Below the pieces are notes generated by a model. It worked only from the letters and a program-made list of their open reading frames with translations, searched no databases and had not been told where the DNA came from. The translations under genes and the position numbers were made by a program. This document shows, in pieces, positions 50,798 to 64,000 of a stretch of 64,000 nt of DNA (the first letter of the stretch is position 1; each line of letters begins with the position of its first letter). Location: assembly GCF_009914755.1 (NCBI RefSeq), contig NC_060929.1. The stretch is one strand, 5' to 3'. Source of the stretch: the human T2T-CHM13v2.0 reference genome, Homo sapiens.

Positions 50798-53046
50798 TGA
50801 TATTGTTTGGCTGTGTCCCCACCCAAATCTCATCTTGAATTGTAATCCTCATGATCCTCCCGTGTCAAGGGCAAGACCCGGTGGGAAGTGATTGGATCCT
50901 GGAGGCAGTTTCCCTCATGCTGTTCTCATGATAGTGAGTAAGTTTTCATGAGATCCGATGGTTTTAAAAGTGTTTGAAAATTTCTCCTAGACACACTCAT
51001 TCTCTCCTGTTGCCTTTTGAAGAAGCCAACTGCTTTTATTCCACCATGATTGTAAGTTTTCTGAGGCCTCTCCAGCCATGCAGAACTATGAGTCAATTAA
51101 CCCTCTTTCCTTTATAAATTACCCTGTCTTGGGTAGTATCTTTATAGCAGTGTGAGAACAGACTAATAGAGTAAATTGGTACTGGGAGTGGGGCACTGCT
51201 ATAAAGATACTGAAAATGAGGAAGTGACTTTAGAACTGGGTATCGGGCAGAGGTTGGAAGTGTTTGGAGGGCTCAGAAGAAGACAGGAAGTTGTGAGAAA
51301 GTTTGAAACTTCCTAGGGACCTGTGGAATGGTTTTGACCAAAATGCTGATAGTGATATAGACAGTGAAGTCCAAGCTGAGGTGGTCTTGGATGGACAAGA
51401 ACTCATTAGGAACTAGAGCCCAAAGATCACTGTTACTCTGCCTTAGCAAAGAGACTGGAAGCATTTTGCCCCTGTCCTAGAGATCTGTGGAACTTTTAAT
51501 TTGAGAAACATTATCTCAAATTGGAACTTATGTTTAAAATGGAAGCAGGGCATAAAAGTTTGGAAAATTTGCAGCCTGACCATGCAGTAGAAAAGAAAAA
51601 CCCATTTTTCAGGGGAGGAATTCAAGCTGGCTACAGAAATTTGCCTAAATAACAAGAAGCCAAATGTTATTACAGTAGCCAAAACAATGGTAAAATTTTT
51701 CTTGGGCGTATCAGAGACTTCCATGGCAGCCCTTCTCATCACAGACCCAGCAGCCTCTGAGGGAAAAATGGTTTCATGGGCTGGGCCTAGGGCCCCGTTG
51801 CTCTGGGCAACCTCAGGACTTGGTGCCCTGTGTCCCAGCTGCTGCTACTCCAGCTCCAGCCGTGGCTAAAAGGAGCCAATGTACAGCTCATCTGTTGATT
51901 CAGAGGGTGCAAGCCCCAAGCCTTGGAGGATTCCATATGGTGTTGGGCCTGAGGGTACACAGAAGTCAAGAATTCAGGTGTGGAAACCTCTGCCTAGATT
52001 TCATAGGTTGTATGGAAATGCCTGGATGTCCAGGCCGAGATTGGTTGCAGGGGTGGAGCCATCATGGAGAACCTCTGCTAGGGTAGTGCAGAAGGGAAAT
52101 GTGGGGTTGAAGCTCCCACACAGAGTCCCCACTGGGGCACTGCCTAGTGAAGCTATGAGAAGAGGGCCACTGTTCTCCAGACCCCTGAATGGAAGATCCA
52201 CCAACAGCTTGTACTGTGCACCTGGAAAAGCCACAGACACTCAATGCCAGCCTGTGAAGGAACTGCCCAAGGCCATGGGAGCCCACCCCTTGCATTAACA
52301 TGCCCTGGATGTGAAACATGGAGACAAGGAGATTATTTTAAAGCTTTAAGTTTTAATGACTGCCCTGCTGGGTTTCAGACTTTCATGGGGCCTGCATCCC
52401 CTTTGTTTTGACTAATTTCTCCCATTTGGAATGGGAGCATTTATCCAATTCTTGTACCCTCATGGTATCTAGGAAGTAACTAACTTGCTTTTGATTTTAC
52501 AGGCTTATAGGCCAAAACGTCTTGCCTTGTCTCAGATGAGACTTTGAACTGTGGGCTGTTGAGTTACTGCTGAAATGATTTAAGACTCTGGGGGACTGTT
52601 AGGAAGGCATGATGTTGGGTTGGAAATGTAAAAAATATGTGAGATCTGGGAGGGGCCAGGGGTGGAATGATATGGTTTGGCTCTATATCCCCACCCAAAT
52701 CTCATCTTGAATTGTAATCTTCATAATACCCATGTGTTGAGGGCAGGATCTGGTGGAAGGTGATTGGATCATGTGGGCGGTTTCCGCCATACTGTTCTTA
52801 CGATAGTGAGTGAGTTCTCAGGAGATCTGATGGTTTTGTTAAGTGTTTCACAGCTCCTCCTACACACAATCCTTCTCTCTCCTGTTGTCTTGTGAAGAAG
52901 ATGACTGCTTCCCATTTCACCATGATTGTAAGTTCCATGAGGCCTCCTCAGCCATGCAGAACTGTGACTCAATTAAACCTCTTTCCTTTATGAATTACCC
53001 AATCTCGGGTAGTGTCTTTATAGTAGTGTGAGAATGGACTAATACA
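50798..53046 (+). mobile_element. Full-length THE1 (C/D-like) MaLR: LTR 50798-51170, internal region, LTR 52668-53046
   Basis: Two LTRs; purine-rich gggaggggccaggggtggaa before the 3-prime LTR; exact TSD agtac at 50793-50797 and 53047-53051. Confidence 0.93.
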
Positions 53047-53162
53047 AGTACATTTTACTTAGTAATAATAATAAACAAATATATTACATTTTTGTGTATT
53101 TACTACACCATATTTTTTATTGTTATTGTAGTGTACACCTTCTACTTATTAAAAGAAATAGG

Positions 53163-53455
<293 letters not shown>

Positions 53456-54691
53456 TCACGAGGCATTTCAGAGGGCATTGTTATCATAGATGTCGACAGA
53501 TCCATATGCATTATTGGCCTAGAGGAGCTTCCAGTGGGACAAGATCTGGAGGTAGAAAACAGTGATGTTGATCATACTGACCCTGTGTAGGCCTACGCTA
53601 GTATGTGCATTTGTGTCTTTGTTTTTAACAACAACAACAAAAAAATTAAAAATTAAAAGATGTAAAATTACAAAAAAATCTTAGAGAATAAGGATATAAG
53701 GAAATAAAGTATTTCTGTGTACAATATGCGTTTTAAGCTAAGTGTTGTTACAAAAGAGTCAAAAAGTTAAAAATAAGTTAAAAAGTTTATAAAGTAAAAA
53801 AGTTACTGTAGGATAAGTTTAATGTATTTTGAAAGAAATAAGTTTCTTTATAAATTTTATAAATTCAGTGTTTATAAAGTCTACAGTTTTGTACAATGAT
53901 GCCCTAGGCATTTACGCTCACTCACCACTTACTCACTAACTCTCCCAGAGCAACTCCTAGCCCTGCAAACTTCATTTATAGTAAGTGCCCTAATCAGGTG
54001 TACCATTTTTGATGTTTTGACTGGATTTTTTACTGTACCTTTTTTTTATGTTTAGATACACAAATATTTACCGTTGTGTTGCAGATGCCTACAGTATTCA
54101 GCACAGTAACATGCTGTATAGGTTTGTAGCCTAGGATCAATAGGCTGTACCACATAACCTGGGGTGAGTAGTAGGTTATGCTATCTCTATTTACACATAG
54201 AATACACTATATGATGTTACACAGTGAAGAAATTGCCTAATGCATTTCTCAGAATGTAATTTTTGTCATTAAGTGATGCAACATTGTATTTAAAACACTA
54301 TAAATAAATTAAGATGGAAACTTAACATGTTTATGTAACCCATTGGAAAGCAAGAAAAAGACACAGAGGAATAAGAAACAGAAACAAATAACAAAGTGGT
54401 AGACTTCAACCACAACATACAAATTGTTAAACATAAAAGGCCTATAGAAACCAACTAAAAAACATAGATTGGCAGAGTAGTTAAAAAAACAAAAATCAAA
54501 AACGAAAAACCATGGCCAACAATATTGTCCAAATTGCATTTGTACCCCATAAATAAATAATTTTTAAAATTCTGTCTATATAAAACTAACTTCAAATACA
54601 GCATAGGTAAGATAAAAGTAAAAAGAGAGAACCAGTAAAATAATTTAAAAATGCAAGTGAGGTTATAGTAATATATCAGCTACATAAATTT

Positions 54692-54694
54692 TAT

Positions 54695-54725
<31 letters not shown>

Positions 54726-55010
54726 TTGAGACAGAGTGTCGCTCTGTCACCCAGGCTGGAGTGCAGTGGAGCAATCTCAAACTCACTGCAAGCTCCACCT
54801 CCCAGGTTCATGCCATTCTCCTGCCTCAGCCTCCCGAGTAGCTGGTACTACAGGTGCCCACCACCACGCCCAGCTAATTTTTTTGTGTTTTTAGTAGAGA
54901 CGGGGTTTCACCGTGTTAGCTAGGATGGTCTCGATCTCCTGACCTTGTGATCCTCCAGTCTCAGCCTCCCAAAGTGCTGGGATTACAGGCATGAGCCAGG
55001 GTGCCCGGCC
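54692..55010 (-). mobile_element. AluY with (TTA)n tail
   Basis: TSD cagctacataaatttt; gcaagctcc and ccgtgttagc diagnostics. Confidence 0.9.
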
Positions 55011-55169
55011 CAGCTACATAAATTTTAAAAAGTAAAAAAAGTCAAATTGCGTTTTTAAATATTTTACATTCCATTGCCATTCAAAGAAATAACATTGTTT
55101 TCAATACGATTAAGCAAGTATCATTAGACCTAGAAATAGCCACAATCATTTCTTTAAAAGATTATTAAT

Positions 55170-55474
55170 ATTTATTTATTTATTTATTTATTTTTAGGCG
55201 GAGTCTCACTCTGTTCACCAAGCTGGAGTGCAGTGGTGCAGTCTCAGCTCACTGCAATTTCTGCCTCACCCTCCCAAGTAATTGGGATTACAGGCACGTG
55301 CCACCACATATGGCTAATTTTTGTATTTTTAGTAGAGACTAATTTTTGTACTTTTAGTAGAGACAGGGTTTCACCATATTGGCCAGGCTGGTCACAAACT
55401 CCTGACCTCAGGTGATTGGCCCGCATCAGCCTCCCAAAGTGCTGGGATTACAGGCGTAAGTCATCGTGCCCAGC
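55170..55474 (-). mobile_element. AluS with internal deletion and small duplication
   Basis: ttttagtagagac occurs twice; TSD aagattaYtaatattta. Confidence 0.85.
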
Positions 55475-56657
55475 TAAGATTACTAATATTTATAAGCTCT
55501 ACCTTCTTTCTTGGAGAAATGACTTTATAATTTCACTTTCTAATTCAGTTACCTGTTGAAACTAAATTAAAATATATTCATATGCAAAATGCAAGTAAAT
55601 AAAAACAGCAGCTTTCTCTATGCTAAAAGGAAGTTCCTTTGGAGCTCATTTCCTTGACAATGCAAGAAAGTACTTCACTGCACTATCTTCATTATGCAAA
55701 TAAAGGTGCATTTTAGCTCTTTGAAGAAGAAGAGGAAGAACATGTCTCTCAAATGGCAGGAAAGAACAAATTTCCTTAAGGAAGAGTGAGGGAAAGTTCA
55801 TCAACACCAACCCTAGGTACATCTTCATTCAGACTTGAAAAGCTTTTGAATAGCGTCTGTTTATTCCTGTTAGAACTGAACTGGCAGGAAAAGACAATGG
55901 AGAAGCCACAAAGAGGAGTAGCTAGGTAGCAGCATTCAGGTCCACAATGCCTGGATTTCATTATTATTATTCTACTGTATCTTCAGGCAGTTTATGTAAA
56001 TCATGTTATTGAGTTCTCTCATCTGGAAGATGAGAGTACTAATAGTTCCAGCGTTCTTACATTAGTGCTGCTGCCATTAGTTATCATCATTTAAGTGTCT
56101 GTTCTTATTGTTCAAAGAGTGACTGGCAGTTGAGAGTCCCTGGGACCTGAAGTAGGGAGGTAGAGAATTTTGCATTGGAGTATACTGTTATCTTAACCTT
56201 GGAGGCCTGAGTGTTCTTAGGTAAAAGACTGCTTTGGAGGCTGCAAATGGAACTAGAATCCCACCAGATCACAGCCATCTGACTTGGTTGCGTTTTTATG
56301 GAAACCAGCGTGTTGAGGATGTGAGACTGATATAAAAGCACTAGGATATTCACAGGGTAAAAGTCAGGAGGATCATAACAGCACAGTACTAGAGAACCAG
56401 TACGTAGTGGTGTGATGAATGAAAGCCACTGACATAACTTTCGCATCTTGTCTTCCTGTATTCTTTCTTTCTGTGACAGTTGTTGAGATCATGACCTCTT
56501 CTGGAATGGTGTTCTCAGAAGTCCTTGGACAATCAGGGTGTACTAGGAGAAAACATGCTGTGAGATGGGATGAAAGTCTTCAGGATGGACACTATACTTT
56601 CTGTTATTGGAGGATTCGGTAGTTTGAATAAGCGTTTGAATGAATAAAATATTTGAG

Positions 56658-57420
56658 TTGAGGACTAAATTCTGATTTTTTTTTTTCATCTTGCCCAAAT
56701 TCCTATTTAAAGAAACTGGGAGTCAGCCCTACGAATGATAACATCTCTTTACATGGGTTTTTTATTAACCCTATATAATGTGGCTTGCTTTCCAACCTGA
56801 CTCTGGTACAGCATCACATAACAGACAGCAGACCCTGAAGGATATAAAAATATTTTGCCCTAAAATATATTTCTTTGATGTCTTTTGAAATGGCTGTTGC
56901 AAGGCCAGCAAACTGAGGTAGAGGAAATTTGCATCTATGGAGAATCTTCATTAATGCAGCCATGCTTCCCCTTTCTATGCCTTTCCAGGACCTAGGAGTG
57001 ATTGAGAGTCTGATACCTTTAAAGGTCTGAAAAGAAACATTTACCATCTATTCTCTCTGAGGGCCACCTATGAGGCTTCATCTACTTAATAAGATCCTTG
57101 GTCTTTCCCCCACTCTTATCTGAACTCAGGCATTCCTTTCTATCGATTTCAAGACTTTAGACGATAGCATAACTCTCTCAACCAATTGTCAACTAAAGGA
57201 TCCCTAAAAGCCCCTTATGACGTACAAGCTCCTACCCTGACCTACCTGCAATTACCTGCAGTTGGTTGTCTCCTTGGAATGTATAAAACCAAAGTGTAAC
57301 CCGGTTGCCTTGGGCACGCTTTCAGAACCTCTTGAGATAGTGTAACCCAGGCCTTGGTCACTTATACTGGCTCTGAATAAACCTCTTTAAATATATTTTG
57401 ACAGAATTTGGTTTTTGTGT
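56658..57420 (+). mobile_element. MER4-group ERV1 solo LTR
   Basis: tgaggactaaattctgatttttt...cttgcccaaattcctat; tgtataaaa TATA; aataaa at ~57376. Confidence 0.8.
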
Positions 57421-60400
57421 ATTTTTCTGTGTATTTCTACCTCTGAGAAGAGGAGTAATTTATACTCTTTAAAAATCATGGTCAGGTATGACTGGTGCTA
57501 GAATGAGGATGAAGGGAAGAGAAAGGGAAGAAATAATTCTCCACTCTTTGTTTCCAATTTTAGTTCTTTAAAGTAAAAGTACAAAACATTTTGTAGAGAT
57601 GTAGTTTGTGGTGGCATGGTTGAAAAACTTCTGCAGTTTATGATTCCTCCACTACAGTGTGATAATGTTTTAAATAGCATTTAAAATGTAGATTCTGTCC
57701 AATCCTTACAATTAACTTTTTTATTGTTTGGAATCCATGAAGTTGGTATATGCATGAGCAGATACATATTTATTTAAGAAAAAAAATTAGGCCTTACAGA
57801 AAATTGGTTTCTCAGAGACATGATAAAAGTTACCAGATAATGTCTCTCAGACTATATCTATGAAAAAATACATAACCAAATAGACACCAATTGCAAATGA
57901 ATTAATTACATTGAAATTCTAATAACTTTCATTTCCTAAACTGACATTGATGGAAAAGAATTCTAAGATATAAAATAAGCTCTACTTCATCCTGCTTTCA
58001 ATAGCACATGATTTAATCAGAATATATAAGTAATACTGTTGAGCACATAAATATTATTTTCATTACTTGATGATAATTATGACTATTTTCATTGCTATAA
58101 TTTTGGTCATGCCATATTGATTAGCAATAAAATATATACTTAGCTAGAGAGGCAGCTAATCCAAAACTTTTGGGATTTCTTTTTTTTTTTAGATTATTGG
58201 TGCTCCTCCTCCTGTCATTGAGGTTAAAATTAAATGTTACATATTCCTTCTCTGTGTATGTGTATCTTATTTCCTCATATTCTACCTCTTCAGAGTAGTG
58301 TGTGTGAGTGCATGCACACACACTTGCATGTGAGAGCTTCTAATATCTAAATTAATGTTGAATCATTATTCAGAAACAAAGAGAGCTAACTGTTATCCTG
58401 ACTTTATTCTTTATGAAGAAAAATACAGTGATTCCAAGTTACCAAGTTAGTGCTGCTTTATTTATAAATGAAGTAACATTTTACAAGTTGTGCATAAGTT
58501 AAAATTCAGAAATAAAACTTCATCCTAAAACTCTGTGTGTTGCTTTAAATAATCAGAGCATCTGCCTACTTAATTTTTTTTGTGTGGGTGCACAATAGAT
58601 GTTTAATGAGATCCTGTCATCTGTCTGCTTTTTTATTGTAAAACAGGAGGGGTTTTAATCCTGGAGGAACAACTGATGTACCTCTGAAAAAGAGAGGGAT
58701 TAGTTATTAATTGAATTGAGGGTTGTCTTGTCTTAGTAGCTTTTATTCTCTAGGTACTATTTGATTATGATTGTGAAAATAGAATTTATCCCTCATTAAA
58801 TGTAAAATCAACAGGAGAATAGCAAAAACTTATGAGATAGATGAACATTGTGTGAGTGGCATGGTTTAATTTGTTTGGAAGAAGCACTTGCCCCAGAAGA
58901 TACACAATGAAATTCATGTTATTGAGTAGAGTAGTAATACAGTGTGTTCCCTTGTGAAGTTCATAACCAAGAATTATTTTAGTAGTGGATAGGTAGGCTG
59001 AATAATTGACTTCCTATCATTTTCAGGTTCTGTGTTTGATTTTTTTTACATATTAATTTCTTTGATCCACATTAAGCTCAGTTACGTATTTCCATTTTAT
59101 AAATGAAAAAAAAAAAATAGGCACTTGCAAATGTCAGATCACTTGCCTGTGGTCATTCGGGTAGAGATTTGTGAAGCTAAGTTGGTCTTAATCAAATGTC
59201 AAGCTTTTTTTTTTCTTATAAAATATAGATTTTAATATGAGTTTTAAAATAAAATTAATTAGAAAAAGGCAAATTACTCAATATATAAAATGTATTGCAT
59301 TTGTAATAGGTAGGTATTTCATTTTCTAGTTATGGTGGGATATTATTCAGACTATAATTCCCAATGAAAAAACTTTAAAAAATGCTAGTGATTGCACATT
59401 TAAAACACCTTTTAAAAAGCATTGAGAGCTTATAAAATTTTAATAAGTGATCAAACCAAATTTGAAGAGAAAAGAAGAACCCAGAGAGGTAAGGATATAA
59501 CCTTACCAGTTGCAATTTGCCGATCTCTACAAATATTAATATTTATTTTGACAGTTTCAGGGTGAATGAGAAAGAAACCAAAACCGAAGATTAGCATATG
59601 TTAAGTCTTCTTAAGGAGCCCTCCCTTAAAAGATTGAGATGACCAAATCTTATACCCTCAGCATAAGGTGAACCAGACAGACCTAAAGCAGTGGTAGCTT
59701 GGATCCACTACTTGGGTTTGTGTGACTGCGTGACTCAGGTAATCTCAAAAATTGAACATTTTTTTAAGGTGGTCCTACTCGTATGCCCAGGTGTTAGGGA
59801 GAAGCAAATCTGAATGCTTTATAAAAATACCCTGAAGCTAAATCTTACAATATTCTCAAGAACACAGTGAAACAAGGCAAAATAAGTTAAAATCAACAAA
59901 AACAACATGAAACATAATTAGAACCACAAAGACTTCAAACATTGGACAATATCAGAGAAAGATAATAAATATTTTACTCTTTAAAAATTTAGTTAAAAGC
60001 TTAAACTAATTGTAGAGAAAAAACTGTGTTAGTATTATATTGTAGATGAAATAAGCAAAACATTTAAAATACAAATGTGGTTACTTAAATTAAATATAAT
60101 AGATAATTTACCACCAGATTAGATACCATTGAAGGAATAATTAATATACTGAAATACAGGTCAGTAGAAGTTTTTTTCAATTCAGCATGGAGATGTAAAA
60201 AATGAAAATTAATGCAAAAAATAAGGGCACAAAAAGAAATGAGTAATTTTGATCAGAAATGTATTAAAATTAATAAACTGGAAATTTGACATTTAAAAAA
60301 AAGCATTGTCATCCAAGTAGATGTGTCTATTAAATAGTTGTTCTCATATCCAGTAATGTAATTATTATTCCCCCTCATGCAGTTCAGATTCTGGGGTAAT

Positions 60401-61859
60401 CTTTAGATATCAGTTTTATCTTTTATATTATTTATTCTGTTTACTACATTTTATTTTGCTAATGATATTTTTAATTTCTGACATTCTGGAGTATTGCTCG
60501 TAAAAGGTATTTTTAAAAATATTTTATGGTTATTTTTGTGATTCCTATTCCTGTATGGACACCAAGGCTATTGACATTTTCTTTAGTTTCTTCTGTTAAT
60601 TCTATTTTCTTAGTGTTTATATCATTTCATAGATAGGATATTCTTTATTTTTTATTTTTATTTAAATATTTGGTGATTCTTGGTTTTCTCAGCCATCTAT
60701 TGTCAAGTGTTCTTATTAAGCATTATTATTAAATAAAGATTATTTCCTCTAATCACATGAGAATCTTTATTTCCCCCAAGTAATTGAAAATTGCAATGCC
60801 ATGCTGCCATGTGGTACAGCATGGGTTTGGGCTTGCTTTCTTCTTTTTTTTTTAACTTTTATTTTAGGTTTGGGAGTACCTGTGAAAGTTTGTTATATAG
60901 GTAAACTCGTGTCATCAGGGTTTGTTGTACAGATCATTTTGTCACCTAGGTACCAAGTACTCAACAATTATTTTTCCTGCTCCTCTGTCTCCTGTCACCC
61001 TCCACTCTCAAGTAGACTCCAGTGTCTGCTGTTCCCTTCTTTGTGTCCATGTGTTCTCATAATTTAGTTCCCCACTTGTAAGTGAGAACATGCAGTATTT
61101 TCTAGTATTTGGTTTTTTGTTCCTGTGTTAATTTGCCCAGTATAATAGCCTCCAGCTCCATCCATGTTACTGCAAAGAACGTGATCTCATTCTTTTTTAT
61201 AGCTCCATGGTGTCTATATACCACATTTTCTTTATCTAAACTCTTATTGATGAGCATTGAGGTTGATTCTATGTCTTTGCCATTGTGCATATTGCTGCAA
61301 TGAACATTTGTGTGCATGTGTCTTTATGGTAGAATGATATATTTTCTTCTGGGTATATATGCAGTAATGCGATTGCTGGTTGGAATGGTAGTTCTGCTTT
61401 TATCTCTTTGAGGAATTGCCATGCTGCTTTCCACAATAGTTGAACTAACTTACACTCCCACTAACAGTGTGTGTTTCCTTTTCTCCACAACCTGCCAGCA
61501 TCTGTTATTTTTTGACATTTTAATAGTAGCCATTTTAACTGGTATGAAATTATATTTCATTGTGGTTTTAATTTGCATTTCTCTAATGATCAGTGATATT
61601 GAGTTTTTTTTTTTTTCACATGCTTGTTGGCTACATGTACGTCTTCTTTTGAAAAGTGTCTGTTCATGTACTTTGCCCACATTTTAGTGGGGTTGTTTTT
61701 CTCTTGTAAATTTGTTTAAATTCCTTATAGGTGCTGGATTTTAGACATTTGTCAGACGCATAGTTTGCAAATAGTTTCTCCCATTCTGTAGGTTGTCTGT
61801 TTATTTTGTTAATAGTTTCTTTTGCTATGCAGAAGCTCTTAATAAGTTTAATGAGATCC

Positions 61860-62231
61860 TGATATGTTTAGGCTTTGTATCCCCACCCAAATCTCATCTT
61901 GAATTATAATCTCCATAATCACCACATGGAGAGACCAGGTGGAGGTAATTGAATCTGGGGGTGGTTTCACCCATGCTGTTCTTGTGATAGTGAATGAGTT
62001 CTCACGAGATCTAATGGTTTTATGAGGGGCTCTTCCCAGCTTTGCCTGGTACTTCTCCTTCCTGCCGCCTTGTGAAAAAGGTGCATTGCATCCCTTTCAC
62101 CTTCTCCTATAATTGTAAGTTTCCTGAGGCCTTCCCAGCCATGCTGAACTTCAAGTCAATTAAACCTTTTTCTGTATAAATTACTCAGTCTCTGGTGGTT
62201 CTTTATAGCAGTGTGAAAATGGACTAATGAA
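61860..62231 (+). mobile_element. THE1 solo LTR inside L1
   Basis: gatcc|tgatatg...ggactaatgaa|gttcc; L1 resumes in register afterwards. Confidence 0.88.
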
Positions 62232-63557
62232 GTTCCCATTTATGAATTTTTGCTTTTGTTGCAATTGCTTTTGACATCTTAGTCATGAAATCCTTGCCTG
62301 TTCTAAGTCCAGGATGGTATTGCCTAGGTTGTCTTCCAGGGTTTTTCTAATTTTGTGTTTTGCATTTAAGTGTTTAATCCATCTTGAGTTGATTTTTGTA
62401 TATTGTGTATGGAAGGGGTCCAGTTTCAATCTTTTGCATATGGCTAGTTAGTTATCCCAGTACCATTTATTGAAAAGACAGTCTTTTCCCCATTGCTCGT
62501 TTTTGTCAGTTTTATTGATGATCAGATAATCATAGCTGTGTGGCTTTATTTCTGGGTTCTCTATTCTGTTCTATTGGTTTATGTCCCTGTTTTTGTGCCA
62601 GCACCATGCTGTTTTGGTTAACATAGCCCTGTAGTATAGTTTGAGGTCAGATAGCCTGATGCTTCCAGCTTTGTTCTTTTTCTTAAGATTGCCTTGGCTA
62701 TTTGGCCTCTTTTTTGGTTCCACATGAATTTTAAAACAGTTGTTTCTAGTTTTGTGAAGAATGTCATTGGTAGTTTGATAGAAATAGCATTTAATCTGTA
62801 AATTGCTTTGTGCAGTATGGCCTTTTAATGATATTGCTTCTTCCTATCCATGAGCATGATATGTTTTCCATTTTGTTTGTATCCTCTCTGATTTCTTTGT
62901 GCAGTGTTTTGTAATTCTCATTGTAGAGATTTTTCACCTCCCTGGTTAGTTGTATTTTACCCTAGATATTTTATTCTTTTTGTGAAAATTGTGAATGGGA
63001 TTGCCTTCCTGATTTGACTGCCAGCTTGGTTACTGTTGGTTTATAGAAATGCTAGTGATTTTTGTACATTGATTTTCTTTCTAAAACTTTGCTGAAGTTT
63101 TTTTTATTAGCAGAAGGAGCTTTGCGGCTGAGACTATGGGGTTTTCTAGATATAGAATCATGTCAGCTTCAAATAGGGATAATTTTACTTCCTCTCTTCC
63201 TATTTGGATGCCCTTTATTTCTTTCTCTTGCCTGATTACTCTGGCTGGGATTTCCTATGTTGAATAGGAGTCATGAGGGAGGGCATCAAATCTACACATA
63301 TCAAATACTAACCTTGAATGTAAGTGGGCTAAATGCCCCACTTAAAAGGTAAAGGGGGGCAAGCTGAATAAAAAAGCAAGACTCAATGGTATGCTGTCTT
63401 TGAGACCTATCTCACATGTGATGACACCCATCGGCTCAAAATAAAGGAATGGAGGAAAATCTACCAAGCATGTAGAAAACAGAAAAAAGCAGGGGTTGCA
63501 TCCTAATTTCAGACCAAACAGACGTCAAACAAACAAAGTTCAAAAAAGACAAAGAAG

Positions 63558-63869
<312 letters not shown>

Positions 63870-64000
63870 GACGAAGGGCATTACATAATGATGAAGGGTT
63901 TTACTCAACAAGAAGACCTTACTAACCTAAATATATATGCACCCAACACAGGAACACCCAGATTCATAAAGTAAGTTCTTAGAGTACAAAGAGGCTCCCA

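Noticed and set aside
51443-52319. Cluster of overlapping ORFs
   Set aside because: Fragments of the decayed THE1 internal region; no intact retroviral gene.

Overview
Primate (very likely human) genomic DNA with no intact protein-coding gene. Positions ~3.45-16.5 kb hold a GC- and Alu-rich unprocessed beta-glucuronidase (GUSB) pseudogene on the + strand. It retains exon 5, a truncated exon 6 and exons 9, 10 and 11 with canonical splice sites. Exons 1-4, 7, 8 and 12 were not found. Splicing exon 5 to 9 to 10 gives a peptide matching, from memory, the SMA3-type GUSB-like ORF, which points to the SMA/GUSBP segmental-duplication family; the exact paralog cannot be fixed from this window. The rest is AT-rich, gene-desert-like DNA full of L1, MaLR/ERV LTRs, DNA-transposon relics, L2/MIR and scattered Alus. 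I found no convincing new biological system. The most interesting observations are: a new splice donor at the exon 6 deletion junction that would restore the GUSB reading frame (a ~186-codon chimeric ORF lacking both catalytic glutamates); duplicon edges that fall in broken Alus; a young L1 insertion with a TSD; three twin-primed L1 inversions; a ~300-bp local duplication; and a multi-layer nested transposon stack. Repeat subfamily names come from recalled consensus motifs, and repeat boundaries are approximate.
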